The position numbers were made by a program, and so were the translations under genes. Positions 46,748 to 55,711 of a stretch of 64,000 bases of DNA are shown in pieces. Positions within the stretch are counted from its first letter, which is position 1, and the number at the start of each line of letters is the position of its first letter. This DNA is from Candidatus Uhrbacteria bacterium (GTDB taxonomy: Bacteria > Patescibacteriota > Patescibacteriia > UBA9934 > GWF2-40-263): assembly GCA_016205975.1 (NCBI GenBank), contig JACQSK010000007.1, forward strand, positions 5,328-69,327, written 5' to 3'. The notes under the pieces were generated by a model. It made no database searches. It was not told the DNA's origin and was given only the letters and a program-made list of their open reading frames with translations.

Positions 46748-48148
46748 ATGCATCCCGCTATTACAGAGAAGACCTTTTACCAATACCTCAAGTGCCCCAA
46801 CTGGGTGTATTTAGATTTACACGCGTTTGAACCCAGACCGCACGAAGCACTTCTCTCTCGTCTGCAAGACGACGGCCTGCTGCCGGAGAAAGAACGCGAG
46901 CTGCTCACCGACCGTCAGGACACAGCCGAGGTGACGGCCGAGGACCCGGACGAGGCTTTCACTCAGACGCTCGCTTTCATGCGCGAGGGGCGCCACACCA
47001 TTTATCACGGCGTCCTCGTCGACAAGCACTGGGTGGGACATCCGGACATCTTGGAGCGCGTGGAGGGCCAGTCGCGCCTGGGGCATTATTATTATGTGGC
47101 GGCGGATTTGAAGCGCACGCGGTTCGTGCGCGACGATCATAAGTTCCAGGGTTGTTTTTACGCTGAGCTTCTCGAGCGCGTGCAGGGCGTGAAGCCGGTG
47201 CAAGGCTATGTCATGACGCCGGACAGGGAAGTCATCCCGTATCTCATTGAGGAGTTTGAAGCCCAGTACGAGATCACGCTCACCGAGATTGAAAAAATCG
47301 TCGCCGGCAAACGGCCCGCGCATTTTGTGACCTCTGGCTGCAAGCAGTCACCATGGTTTGCTGAGTGTCGCAGCGAGTCGGAAGCGTGCGACGACCTCTC
47401 GCTCTTGAACCGCGTGTGGCGCGAGGAAGTGCATCGGCTTGAGGAGGCTGGCGTCACGACCATCGGCGCGCTCGCGCTCAGGAGCGTGCCAGACCTTGAA
47501 CGGCTGTGCCCGGAGGTGAGCTCCACGCGTTTGGAAATTATGCGCGACCAGGCGATCGCCATCAAAGAAGGCCGTCACCTCATTCGGGGGCACGTGCAGA
47601 TGCCGGAAGCGCGCGTGGAATTATTTTTCGACATTGAGAGCGACCCGCTGCGCGACTTTGATTATCTCCTGGGTGTCCTGGAGGTGACGAGCCATGGCGA
47701 GCAGTACCATTCCTTTTTTGCCGCCGCGCCGGAGCAAGAGGCGCAGATGTGGAAAGAGTTCGTGGCGTTCATCGAGGGTCATATGGACGCGCCCATCTAT
47801 CACTATGGCTGGTTTGAGCGCGAGGTGGTGGAGCGGTTTGCCGCCCGCTACGGCATTTCCGAAATCGCGCGCCAGGCGCTGCAGGAGAATATGCTCGACC
47901 TGCTCGATCTCATCCGGCCCGCCGTGATTTTTCCGCTCTCGTTTTATTCGCTTAAAGACTTGGGCGCCTACATCGGGTTCCAGTGGAGGAGCGAGGACGC
48001 CTCGGGCGCCAACTCGGTCCTGTGGTTTGAGGAGTGGCTCAAAAAGAAAACCCCCAAGCTCCTGCAGAAGATCCTTGAGTATAATGAAGATGACGTGCGC
48101 GCCACGCATCGCCTGCAGCGGTGGGTGAGGGAACACGCCAGTTTATGA
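46748..48148 (+). CDS. TM0106-family RecB-like nuclease with RNase H-like C-terminus
   Basis: GHPDIL..ADLK, CKQSPWFAEC, FFDIESDP, YSLK, YNEDDVRAT. Confidence 0.85.
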   Translation: MHPAITEKTFYQYLKCPNWVYLDLHAFEPRPHEALLSRLQDDGLLPEKERELLTDRQDTAEVTAEDPDEAFTQTLAFMREGRHTIYHGVLVDKHWVGHPDILERVEGQSRLGHYYYVAADLKRTRFVRDDHKFQGCFYAELLERVQGVKPVQGYVMTPDREVIPYLIEEFEAQYEITLTEIEKIVAGKRPAHFVTSGCKQSPWFAECRSESEACDDLSLLNRVWREEVHRLEEAGVTTIGALALRSVPDLERLCPEVSSTRLEIMRDQAIAIKEGRHLIRGHVQMPEARVELFFDIESDPLRDFDYLLGVLEVTSHGEQYHSFFAAAPEQEAQMWKEFVAFIEGHMDAPIYHYGWFEREVVERFAARYGISEIARQALQENMLDLLDLIRPAVIFPLSFYSLKDLGAYIGFQWRSEDASGANSVLWFEEWLKKKTPKLLQKILEYNEDDVRATHRLQRWVREHASL

Positions 48149-48471
48149 AATCGCCGCGCCTCATCCTCCTGCTTGCAGCCCTCGTGGTCATCGGGGCCGT
48201 CCTCGTGAACGTCGCGAGTAACTCCGACGACAGAGCGTCTTCGGTTCGTCCAGACGCGCCTCAGGGTGACGGCGCGCGCGCGGTCCTCACGGAGAGTTCC
48301 TGTACAACCGCGGGCGGTATCTGGAACGCCTGCGGTTCTGCCTGCCGCACCACGCCCGACGCGCCGTGTATCGAGGTGTGCGTGGAGTACTGTCAGTGCG
48401 CTTCAGATACGCAATGTCCTACCGGCCTTACCTGCGGCGACTTCGTTGACGGAGTCGGCGTCTGCCTATGA
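48145..48471 (+). CDS. Small exported Cys-rich protein
   Basis: Signal/TM segment plus 10 Cys. Confidence 0.7.
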   Translation: MKSPRLILLLAALVVIGAVLVNVASNSDDRASSVRPDAPQGDGARAVLTESSCTTAGGIWNACGSACRTTPDAPCIEVCVEYCQCASDTQCPTGLTCGDFVDGVGVCL

Positions 48472-49334
48472 AAGCCATTCGACTTTTTGTCACAAGCATG
48501 ATCCTCCTCATCGCCCTGGGCGCGGCGTTGTATTCGTCTCGCGTGGACGTGATGGAGTGGATTCGGGAGGCAACGGCGCCTGTGTTGCCGGAGGCGGTGG
48601 AGTATGAGGCGGTAGAAGAGACTCGTGATGATTCGGTAGACCCAAACTTTAGCCTGGATGAAGCTGCGGAAGTGATCGATGAAACTCCATCCGTCCCATC
48701 CGTACCATCCGTACCATCCGACCCATCGCCCACACAGGACGCCTCAGACCAAACAGCACCGACCGCCATCAACCTCGCCGTTCCCTTCACGCCCCAAGCG
48801 CCGCATGCCGACTGGGGAGAGCCGTACAAAGAAGCGTGCGAGGAGGCGAGCGTGTACATGGTGCGTCGGTTCTACGAAGGCACGCCCGAGGGTCTCATGA
48901 ATGCCGATCAGGCAGATGCCGACCTCTTGCAGATCGTGGCGTTTGAGCGCGAGCTGTTCGGCTTCTATGAAGACACCACCGCCGAACAGACAGCCACGCT
49001 CGCCGAGCTCATGTTCGGGTACGCAGGTGAGCTCATCGAGAACCCAACCGTAGACGACATCAAGACCCACTTGATCTTGGGCCATCCCGTGATCGTCCCG
49101 GCCGCCGGACGCGAGCTCGGCAATCCGTACTTCACTGCGCCCGGGCCGCTCTACCACATGCTCGTCATCCGCGGTTACACGCAAGAGAATCAGTTCATCG
49201 TAAACGATCCTGGCACCTCCCGCGGCGAGGCGTACCTCTACGACTTTGACACGCTCATGAATGCGATGCACGATTGGAACAACGGCGGCGAGATCACGGA
49301 AGGAAGGAAGGTCGTGCTCGTACTTACGCCGTAA
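48468..49334 (+). CDS. C39-like peptidase
   Basis: VPFTPQAP, ACEEAS, YHMLVIRGY, VNDPG. Confidence 0.85.
   Translation: MKAIRLFVTSMILLIALGAALYSSRVDVMEWIREATAPVLPEAVEYEAVEETRDDSVDPNFSLDEAAEVIDETPSVPSVPSVPSDPSPTQDASDQTAPTAINLAVPFTPQAPHADWGEPYKEACEEASVYMVRRFYEGTPEGLMNADQADADLLQIVAFERELFGFYEDTTAEQTATLAELMFGYAGELIENPTVDDIKTHLILGHPVIVPAAGRELGNPYFTAPGPLYHMLVIRGYTQENQFIVNDPGTSRGEAYLYDFDTLMNAMHDWNNGGEITEGRKVVLVLTP
48687..48728 (+). repeat. 9-bp tandem repeat CCATCCGT(A/C) encoding a PSV linker
   Basis: Four full units plus a partial one. Confidence 0.85.
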
Positions 49335-49338
49335 CCCT

Positions 49339-49809
49339 ATGGACTATTTTCTCGGTGGTTCTCTTGGAGGCTTAGTCGCATTCGTGTTTGCGATTCCCGC
49401 GATTCTCTTGGAGGTCACGCAAAAAGGCGGGGTGAGCGAGGCGCCGCTCGTCATCGACGTGAAGACGATTTTTGGATTCAAGATTCGTGACAAGCATGAG
49501 GTCTTTTTGATCGGCCTTTTGCTCCACATCGTAATCGGTTTTCTCTTTGGTCTCATCTACATCATCTTCGTGAAGCGCGGCTGGCTGTTCGTGACGCACG
49601 CGCCGTACACGTTTTTGTCGCTGCTGGTCTACGCGATCCTGAGCTGGATCGTCGCCAACCTGGTCGTATACCCGGCGCTGGGTCTGGGAGCCTTCGGCCT
49701 CAAGGAAGGCCGTCACGTCTGGATGGAAACGATTGTGTCGCACCTGATCTTGGGCGTGAGCCTGTGGCTTTTGGTGCAGTATTATCAACCTCTCTTTTTT
49801 GGCACATGA
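49339..49809 (+). CDS. Hypothetical membrane protein
   Basis: Four hydrophobic segments. Confidence 0.75.
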   Translation: MDYFLGGSLGGLVAFVFAIPAILLEVTQKGGVSEAPLVIDVKTIFGFKIRDKHEVFLIGLLLHIVIGFLFGLIYIIFVKRGWLFVTHAPYTFLSLLVYAILSWIVANLVVYPALGLGAFGLKEGRHVWMETIVSHLILGVSLWLLVQYYQPLFFGT

Positions 49810-50999
49810 CTCCGTCGCTTTCCGTTTCCCAATATCTCGAGCTCGTAAACGTTTCCCTCGGGCAGATGCCAAGGGATTTTGTGATCGAGGGTGAGGTGTC
49901 GGATTTTCGCGTGGCGCAAGGCAAGTGGGTCAGTTTTGATTTGAAGGATGAAAAAGATCAGGCGCTCTTAAAGTGTTTCATGACTGCCTGGCAGTTGAAG
50001 ACGGCGATCGAAGACGGCATGCGCGTGCAAGTCAAAGGCGCTCCGAAGATTTATGAACGCTTTGGGACGTTTAAGCTCAACGTGACGGACGTCGAGCCGG
50101 TGGGAGAAGGAGCGCTGAAGCGCGCCTACGAACTCTTGAAGAAAAAACTGGAGAGCGAGGGACTGTTCGATCTGTCACGCAAGCGCTCGCTGCCAAGGTT
50201 CCCAGAGCGCATCGGGCTCATCACCTCGCGCGACGCAGCCGCGTACGGCGACTTTTTGCGCATCTTGAACAACCGCTGGAGCGGCGTGGAGATCCTCTTT
50301 CATCAGGTCCATGTCCAAGGCCGCGAAGCCGTGCCGGACATCCTCGAAGCCTTTGCCGCTCTTGGCTCCCTCCATCGTCCTGATGTCATCGTGCTGACCC
50401 GAGGCGGCGGGGGACTCGAAGACCTGCAAGCGTTCAACGACGAGCGCATCGCCCGCGCCATCTACGCCTCGCCGATTCCCGTCGTCTGCGCCGTGGGCCA
50501 TGAGCGCGATGAGTCTCTGTGCGATCTCGTCGCCGACGTCCGCGCCTCCACGCCCAGCAACGCGGCCGAGCGAGTTGTCCCCTCGCGCGAGGACGTGCGC
50601 TACGAGGTGCAGACGCTGTGCGATCATCTCTTCACAAAGATGGAGGACGCCCTGCGCGAGCGCGTAACGGTGATCGATGAGGCGACGCGCCGCGTGAGTT
50701 TCCTGTTAGAGAGACAGAAGGAACGACTGGCGCGCGTGTCTGAAGATCTGGTCTCCGGCCCGGAGTTCTGGTTCTCGCGGCTCCGAGAGCGGCTTGCTTC
50801 CCACGAGCGCGTCCTCAAAGAACTCAACCCAAAACGGGTTCTCGCCCGCGGCTATAGCATCGTACGTTCTGGAGGCCGCGTGCTCACAAGCGTGTCGACC
50901 CTTGAAGTGGGGAGCCTGATCCAGGTACAATTTGCGGCAGGTTCAGCGCAGGCGCAGGTGCGTCGCGTAAATGAGAAAGGCCAGCAGACGCTCGTATGA
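49806..50999 (+). CDS. xseA: Exodeoxyribonuclease VII large subunit
   Basis: EGEVSDF, RGGGGLEDL, AVGHERD, ADVRASTPS, VLARGYS. Confidence 0.95.
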   Translation: MTPSLSVSQYLELVNVSLGQMPRDFVIEGEVSDFRVAQGKWVSFDLKDEKDQALLKCFMTAWQLKTAIEDGMRVQVKGAPKIYERFGTFKLNVTDVEPVGEGALKRAYELLKKKLESEGLFDLSRKRSLPRFPERIGLITSRDAAAYGDFLRILNNRWSGVEILFHQVHVQGREAVPDILEAFAALGSLHRPDVIVLTRGGGGLEDLQAFNDERIARAIYASPIPVVCAVGHERDESLCDLVADVRASTPSNAAERVVPSREDVRYEVQTLCDHLFTKMEDALRERVTVIDEATRRVSFLLERQKERLARVSEDLVSGPEFWFSRLRERLASHERVLKELNPKRVLARGYSIVRSGGRVLTSVSTLEVGSLIQVQFAAGSAQAQVRRVNEKGQQTLV

Positions 51000-51211
51000 C
51001 ATCGAAAAAAACCGTTCTCAATTTTTCAAAGGCGTTTGAGGAGCTTGAGGGAATCACGCGTTGGTTTGATTCTCAAGAGCAGCTCGATCTGGACAAAGGT
51101 TTGAAACAGTTTGAGCGCGGGCTTGAACTCGCCAGCGAGCTCAAGAAAAAACTCTCAGAAGTCGAAAACAAGGTTGAAGAGATCAAAAAGAAATTTGCCG
51201 ACCCCCTATGA
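50996..51211 (+). CDS. xseB: Exodeoxyribonuclease VII small subunit
   Basis: FSKAFEELE..LDKGLKQFERG; follows xseA. Confidence 0.92.
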   Translation: MTSKKTVLNFSKAFEELEGITRWFDSQEQLDLDKGLKQFERGLELASELKKKLSEVENKVEEIKKKFADPL

Positions 51212-51561
51212 CGTACATCCTCTTTCGTTGGATCGTGAACGCTCTCGCCCTGCTCCTGGTCGCCAACGTCGTCCCGGGCTTCGGCGTCGCCTCGCTGTAC
51301 ACCGCGCTCATCGCCGCTCTCGTCTTGGGGCTCGTGAACGCGCTCGTGCGCCCGCTGTTTTTTATCCTGACGCTTCCCATCACGATCCTGACCCTCGGCC
51401 TGTTTACCTTCGTTGTGAACGCCTTCATGATCTGGCTCGTCTCCACGATCGTGAAAGGTTTTGTCGTGGAAGGGTTCACCCCCGCCCTCCTCGCCGCTCT
51501 CTTGCTCTGGATGATCTCCCTCACAACCAACTGGCTTATTAAACAAGCAAAGGAATCGTAA
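51208..51561 (+). CDS. 4-TM holin-like membrane protein (DUF360)
   Basis: LGLVNALVRP..LTLPITILTLGLF..VVNA. Confidence 0.88.
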   Translation: MTYILFRWIVNALALLLVANVVPGFGVASLYTALIAALVLGLVNALVRPLFFILTLPITILTLGLFTFVVNAFMIWLVSTIVKGFVVEGFTPALLAALLLWMISLTTNWLIKQAKES

Positions 51562-51585
51562 AATCGCCGCTGGGCGATTTTTCTT

Positions 51586-52293
51586 ATGCCCCATGCCAAC
51601 GCTCTGCAACCTTCCACGCTCGTCATCTCCGTCGGCGGTTCGCTCGTGGTTCCCAATGGCGGGATCGACGTTGAGTTTCTCAAAGACTTCCAGGGGCTGA
51701 TTCACGCGCACTTCAAGCGCGGTTGGCGGTTCGTCGTGGTGGTCGGCGGCGGAGGGACGGCGCGCCACTATCAAGAAGCCGCGCGAGGCGTGGGCAAGCT
51801 CACGCGCGACGACCTCGACTGGCTGGGGATCCACTCCACGCGGTTGAACGGCCACCTCATGAGGACCGTGTTGCGCGACGTGGCGCACCCCATCATGATC
51901 AAAGACCCGACCGGCTCGCTGCGCCAGTGGACCAAGCCCGTCTTGGTCGCGGCCGGATGGAAGCCGGGATGGTCTACCGACTACGTGGCCGCGCGTCTGG
52001 CCAAGCGTCTCAAAAGCAAGCTGGTCGTGAACCTCTCCAACGTCGATTACGTCTATGACAAAGATCCGCGCAAGCACAAAGACGCCGAGGCCATCTGCAC
52101 CATTTCGTGGAAGGCGTTTCGCCGCCTCGTCGGCAACACGTGGGACCCGGGCATGAATGTCCCGTTTGATCCGGTCGCTTCACGCCTGGCGCACCACTCA
52201 GGAATCCGCGTGGCGATTTTGAATGGGAAGAATATCTCGAATCTTGAAGGGCTTCTGACTGGCGAACGGTTTATTGGAACCGTCATCGGTTGA
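51586..52293 (+). CDS. pyrH: UMP kinase (archaeal-type)
   Basis: ISVGGS, VVGGGGTAR, PGWSTD, NVDYVYDKDP, PFDPVA. Confidence 0.9.
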   Translation: MPHANALQPSTLVISVGGSLVVPNGGIDVEFLKDFQGLIHAHFKRGWRFVVVVGGGGTARHYQEAARGVGKLTRDDLDWLGIHSTRLNGHLMRTVLRDVAHPIMIKDPTGSLRQWTKPVLVAAGWKPGWSTDYVAARLAKRLKSKLVVNLSNVDYVYDKDPRKHKDAEAICTISWKAFRRLVGNTWDPGMNVPFDPVASRLAHHSGIRVAILNGKNISNLEGLLTGERFIGTVIG

Positions 52294-52363
52294 CGAAAAT
52301 GGAAAACAGGTTCATGATGGCCGGTCCCGAATCGTCGGGAGTTCCATCCGTCAGGAGGACGCC

Positions 52364-53242
52364 ATGCAGGTAGACTATGTCATCGTGAGTGCTCCCTCTG
52401 TACGGGGCACGCCGAGTGAAGATGCCTATACGATCGAGGGGGGAGGCGGAGGTATTCCGTTTTTTCTGGCGATCGCGGACGGACACGGAAACGAGGTGGA
52501 CGAAGAGGGGACGCTCGTCAAGAAGTCGCCGACCGTCGCGAGGTTTGCCCGGCGTGTCGCCGAAGGGTTGCGCGAGCAGTTTGCACGCTTTCCCGATCCG
52601 GCGTTGTTTACAGACACCTTTGACGCCGTGGCCGAGCAGGTAGACGCAGAGTTTCTTCCGCTGACACAGCACCTTCGCCCGCCAGGGTCGTTGGATGTGG
52701 GAGCGGTTGCGATCTGCCTCACGGTGGTGGACGGCAAGATCCACCTCGCGCAGACAGGGGACAGTCGCCTCTACGCGGGGTGCACGCGCGGCAGCGGGTT
52801 CACGCTTCTCACGCGCGACCACGACGGACGCAACCTGGGGGAGAGGCGGCGCCTGTATCCTCTCATCGAGGAACAGCGTTTTGCCATCCTCCCTTTTTCC
52901 GACGTCCTGTCGCCGGTTCCTCCGCGGCTGTTTCGACAGACGGAGCGGGGCTGGTATGGGGGGCTGATCCCCACGCGCACGTTCGGCGATTGGGAGTACC
53001 AACCGGCCGTGATCCATACCCCTGAGGTTCAGACCGTTGAGCTCGCCTCTGTGCCTGCGGGAACGCTGTTTGCTCTGTGCTCGGATGGAGGCAATCGCAC
53101 CGTCGAGGAGGTTCTGGGACGGTTGCGCGGACGCACGGATCAGGGCGCGCTCCTGGAAGCGGCAGAGCTGACGCGAGCGCGCGTGAACGGCCCTTCGGAC
53201 GACGTGACCATCATCTACTTCCGCGCGCAGCCGTCTTTCTAA
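52364..53242 (+). CDS. PP2C-family phosphatase
   Basis: SEDA, AIADGHG, GDSRLY, TRTFGD, LCSDG, DDVTII; AGGAGG SD. Confidence 0.85.
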   Translation: MQVDYVIVSAPSVRGTPSEDAYTIEGGGGGIPFFLAIADGHGNEVDEEGTLVKKSPTVARFARRVAEGLREQFARFPDPALFTDTFDAVAEQVDAEFLPLTQHLRPPGSLDVGAVAICLTVVDGKIHLAQTGDSRLYAGCTRGSGFTLLTRDHDGRNLGERRRLYPLIEEQRFAILPFSDVLSPVPPRLFRQTERGWYGGLIPTRTFGDWEYQPAVIHTPEVQTVELASVPAGTLFALCSDGGNRTVEEVLGRLRGRTDQGALLEAAELTRARVNGPSDDVTIIYFRAQPSF

Positions 53243-53329
53243 GGCGGCTGTTTTTTTCACGGGATCTTCTACGTTTGTTAGTGTCTCCTGGCTGGAGGTC
53301 TCACGCCCGACCCAAACCAGAAGTTCCTG

Positions 53330-53866
53330 ATGCCATTCCTACAGCGTCCGCCGTCCCTCACGTTCACGGTTGTTCCCTTGGACGATGGTCAGCCATCGTT
53401 TAAAGCCGGTTGCGGACACACCATCTGGAGGATGGAGCGTCTGGTGCTTCACGGCAAGACGGTATGCAAGAGCAATCCGAATTTTTCGGCGCTACCCACC
53501 GGCCCTGACGGGTACCGTGCCATCATCGCACCCAAGCAGTGCATACTCTGCCAGTTCGCGGAACCATTCGCGGCCGCGATCGAATGTGCCTGCTGCCATC
53601 ACGTCATCTTTCGCGGTGACCCCGTGAGCGCCTACTTTTTCACAGGCGAGACTCCCCCCAAGGGATTCGACGAAGCGCGCGCCACGCGCACGCGCAACGG
53701 CTTCGTCGGCTGCATGGGATGGGAGTGCTGCCCTACGAGTGGATTCTTCGCAGGTCACTGGACCACGGAGGGAATCCTCACTCCCTTCTCAACCGGTTCC
53801 CTCGCCGCGCAAGCGCTCGTCGAGGGGAACATAGTCGTCTCTGACATAGAGGCCTTGAAGGGTTAA
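53330..53866 (+). CDS. Hypothetical Cys-rich protein
   Basis: CGH, CILC, CACC, C...CC. Confidence 0.65.
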   Translation: MPFLQRPPSLTFTVVPLDDGQPSFKAGCGHTIWRMERLVLHGKTVCKSNPNFSALPTGPDGYRAIIAPKQCILCQFAEPFAAAIECACCHHVIFRGDPVSAYFFTGETPPKGFDEARATRTRNGFVGCMGWECCPTSGFFAGHWTTEGILTPFSTGSLAAQALVEGNIVVSDIEALKG

Positions 53867-53982
53867 CCCGCACGCGACAGTCGCTCCTCCGCGGCTGTTT
53901 TTCTTTTTGCATTGGACAGGCACACCGGTTTGATTGATAATCTTCACAGAATCCATAGCGAATATTTCATCTCTCTGGTAGA

Positions 53983-54030
53983 CCCAGGCTTCTCCTCCGA
54001 AGGCGGATCCGCCTCTCTCGGAAGCCTGGG
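53983..54030. repeat. Hairpin with AGGCGGATCCGCCT palindromic core
   Basis: CCCAGGCTTC / GAAGCCTGGG arms. Confidence 0.7.
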
Positions 54031-54047
54031 CCGTATCAACGCCCTCC

Positions 54048-54090
54048 GTCATCCTGACGACGAGTCCTCGAGGAGGAAGGATCCCATTTC
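54048..54090. repeat. Partial inverted copy of the 3872-3974 element
   Basis: GTCATCCTGACGACGAGTC(C/A)TCGAGGAGGAAGGATCCCATTT. Confidence 0.8.
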
Positions 54091-54174
54091 CTTCGAGCGA
54101 ATGCTCTACAACGGAACCACTCAACTCCGTACGGAATGAACAACGCACCCTAACCGTCTAACCCTCCTCTGCAT

Positions 54175-54267
54175 TTGACAGAAAAACCTCGGCTGGTTAT
54201 CCTGGGGCTCGAACTAAAGATTTACCGTAGACAACGAGCTGGCATGAGCCATAAGTCTCGTCGAGGT
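54175..54267 (+). promoter_or_regulatory. rplJ promoter and L10 leader
   Basis: TTGACA-17-TATCCT; ACCGTAGAC..CGAG..TAAG..CTCG..CGAGGT at 54224-54267. Confidence 0.7.
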
Positions 54268-54362
54268 GAACAACGAAAGAGCTCCGCTTTTTCGACCTTG
54301 TTCTACGGCGTAAGTCCGTAGTTCATTTATTTAAAGGTCGAACTTTCAATACACTCTCTCTT

Positions 54363-54881
54363 ATGCCCAAAACACGTGCACAAAAGGCAGAGATCGTTGA
54401 CGAGCTTGCTCAGAAGCTTGGGAAGATGAAGTCCGTCGTGTTCACGAACATTTCGGGATACACCATGGACGATGCCAACGGCCTGCGTCAGAAAGGACGC
54501 GCGGTCGGCGTAGAAGTCATGATCGCTAAGAAGACGCTCCTCAACCGAGCGCTTCAGGCAAACGGCTTCACCATCGCCCCGCAAGAGCTCGAGGGCAGCA
54601 TCCTCACCACCATCGGTTTCGATGATGAGGTCGCCGCCGCCAAGCTCATGGCGGAGTTTGGGAAGGATCGCGAGGCGATCAAGATCGTCGGCGGTATCCT
54701 GGAAGGAGCGTTTGTCGGCGCCGCTGCCATCAAACAACTCGCCACTCTGCCAAGCCGCGAGGCACTTCTCGCCAAGCTGGTCGGCTCCCTCAACGCGCCT
54801 ATCTCCGGCTTCGTCAATGTCCTTGCCGGGAATCTCCGTTCATTGGTTTGCGTCCTTAATGCTATTAAAGCCACAAAATAA
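54363..54881 (+). CDS. rplJ: 50S ribosomal protein L10
   Basis: KKTLLNRAL, LATLPSREALLAKL. Confidence 0.96.
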   Translation: MPKTRAQKAEIVDELAQKLGKMKSVVFTNISGYTMDDANGLRQKGRAVGVEVMIAKKTLLNRALQANGFTIAPQELEGSILTTIGFDDEVAAAKLMAEFGKDREAIKIVGGILEGAFVGAAAIKQLATLPSREALLAKLVGSLNAPISGFVNVLAGNLRSLVCVLNAIKATK

Positions 54882-54887
54882 ATGCTT

Positions 54888-55292
54888 ATGTCAGACGAAA
54901 CAAAAACCGTCGAGGTTCCTGAGAAGTTTAAGAGCCTCGTTGCGTCGATCGAGTCCATGTCCGTCTTGGACCTCGCCGATCTCGTGAAAGTCCTCGAAGA
55001 GAAGTTCGGCGTGAGTGCCGCGGCTCCTGCCATGATGATGGCCGCCGGTCCGGCCGCTGGCGCCGCCGCCCCTGAAGAGAAGACGAGCTTCGATGTGGAG
55101 CTCACCGCCGCCGGCGAGAACAAGATCAATGCCATCAAGGCCGTTCGTGCCATCACGGGCCTTGGTCTCAAAGAGGCGAAGGACCTCGTGGACGGTGCGC
55201 CCAAGATGGTGAAAGAAGGCGTGGACAAGGCCACGGCCGACAGCATCCAGAAGCAGTTGGAAGAAGCGGGTGCCAAGGTGACCGTCAAGTAA
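54888..55292 (+). CDS. rplL: 50S ribosomal protein L7/L12
   Basis: [30 protein letters not shown]. Confidence 0.98.
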   Translation: MSDETKTVEVPEKFKSLVASIESMSVLDLADLVKVLEEKFGVSAAAPAMMMAAGPAAGAAAPEEKTSFDVELTAAGENKINAIKAVRAITGLGLKEAKDLVDGAPKMVKEGVDKATADSIQKQLEEAGAKVTVK

Positions 55293-55300
55293 GAGATACA

Positions 55301-55331
55301 AAATCCGCGAGGCTGGCTCGCGGATTTTTTT
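55301..55331. terminator. Bidirectional terminator
   Basis: AAATCCGCGAG/CTCGCGGATTT flanked by A and T runs. Confidence 0.75.
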
Positions 55332-55707
55332 ATTCAGAGACGCGGTTGAGGACCGCGCCGTCGATCGTGATCATGTTCGGATCATCGGTGGTGACGACCG
55401 TCATGTTATACTCCTTGCTTCCATCTTTGTAGATTTTTTTGACGAGCAGGGATCCATCCAGAAAGCGCTCCGTGATCGCGTAGGTACCTTCTTCTTTATA
55501 AGAGGAGTCGGTCGTGAGCGTGTAGCGCGTATCCTGAAACTCATATTCCATCCACCAGGGATACTCGTCTTCGTTGACGCCTTCCGCGCGCCAGGTGCCG
55601 GTGAGCTCGTCAACAGAGACGTCGTTGTTTTGGAATCGGGGCCAGAGCAGGAAGCCGCCTACGAGCAGGACAGCGAGGATGAGCGTGAGCCAGTGGTGGA
55701 GTTTCAT
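55330..55707 (-). CDS. Hypothetical exported (lipocalin-like) protein
   Basis: Signal/TM segment; LTGTW, EEGTY motifs. Confidence 0.7.
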   Translation of the reverse strand: MKLHHWLTLILAVLLVGGFLLWPRFQNNDVSVDELTGTWRAEGVNEDEYPWWMEYEFQDTRYTLTTDSSYKEEGTYAITERFLDGSLLVKKIYKDGSKEYNMTVVTTDDPNMITIDGAVLNRVSE

Positions 55708-55711
55708 AGGA

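Noticed and set aside
51208-51561. Prophage, from the holin-family protein
   Set aside because: DUF360-type proteins are common chromosomal membrane proteins; no phage genes nearby
53970-54050. tRNA on the minus strand ending GGGTCTACCA
   Set aside because: No T-loop (TTCRA) or cloverleaf at the right spacing; better explained as a palindrome
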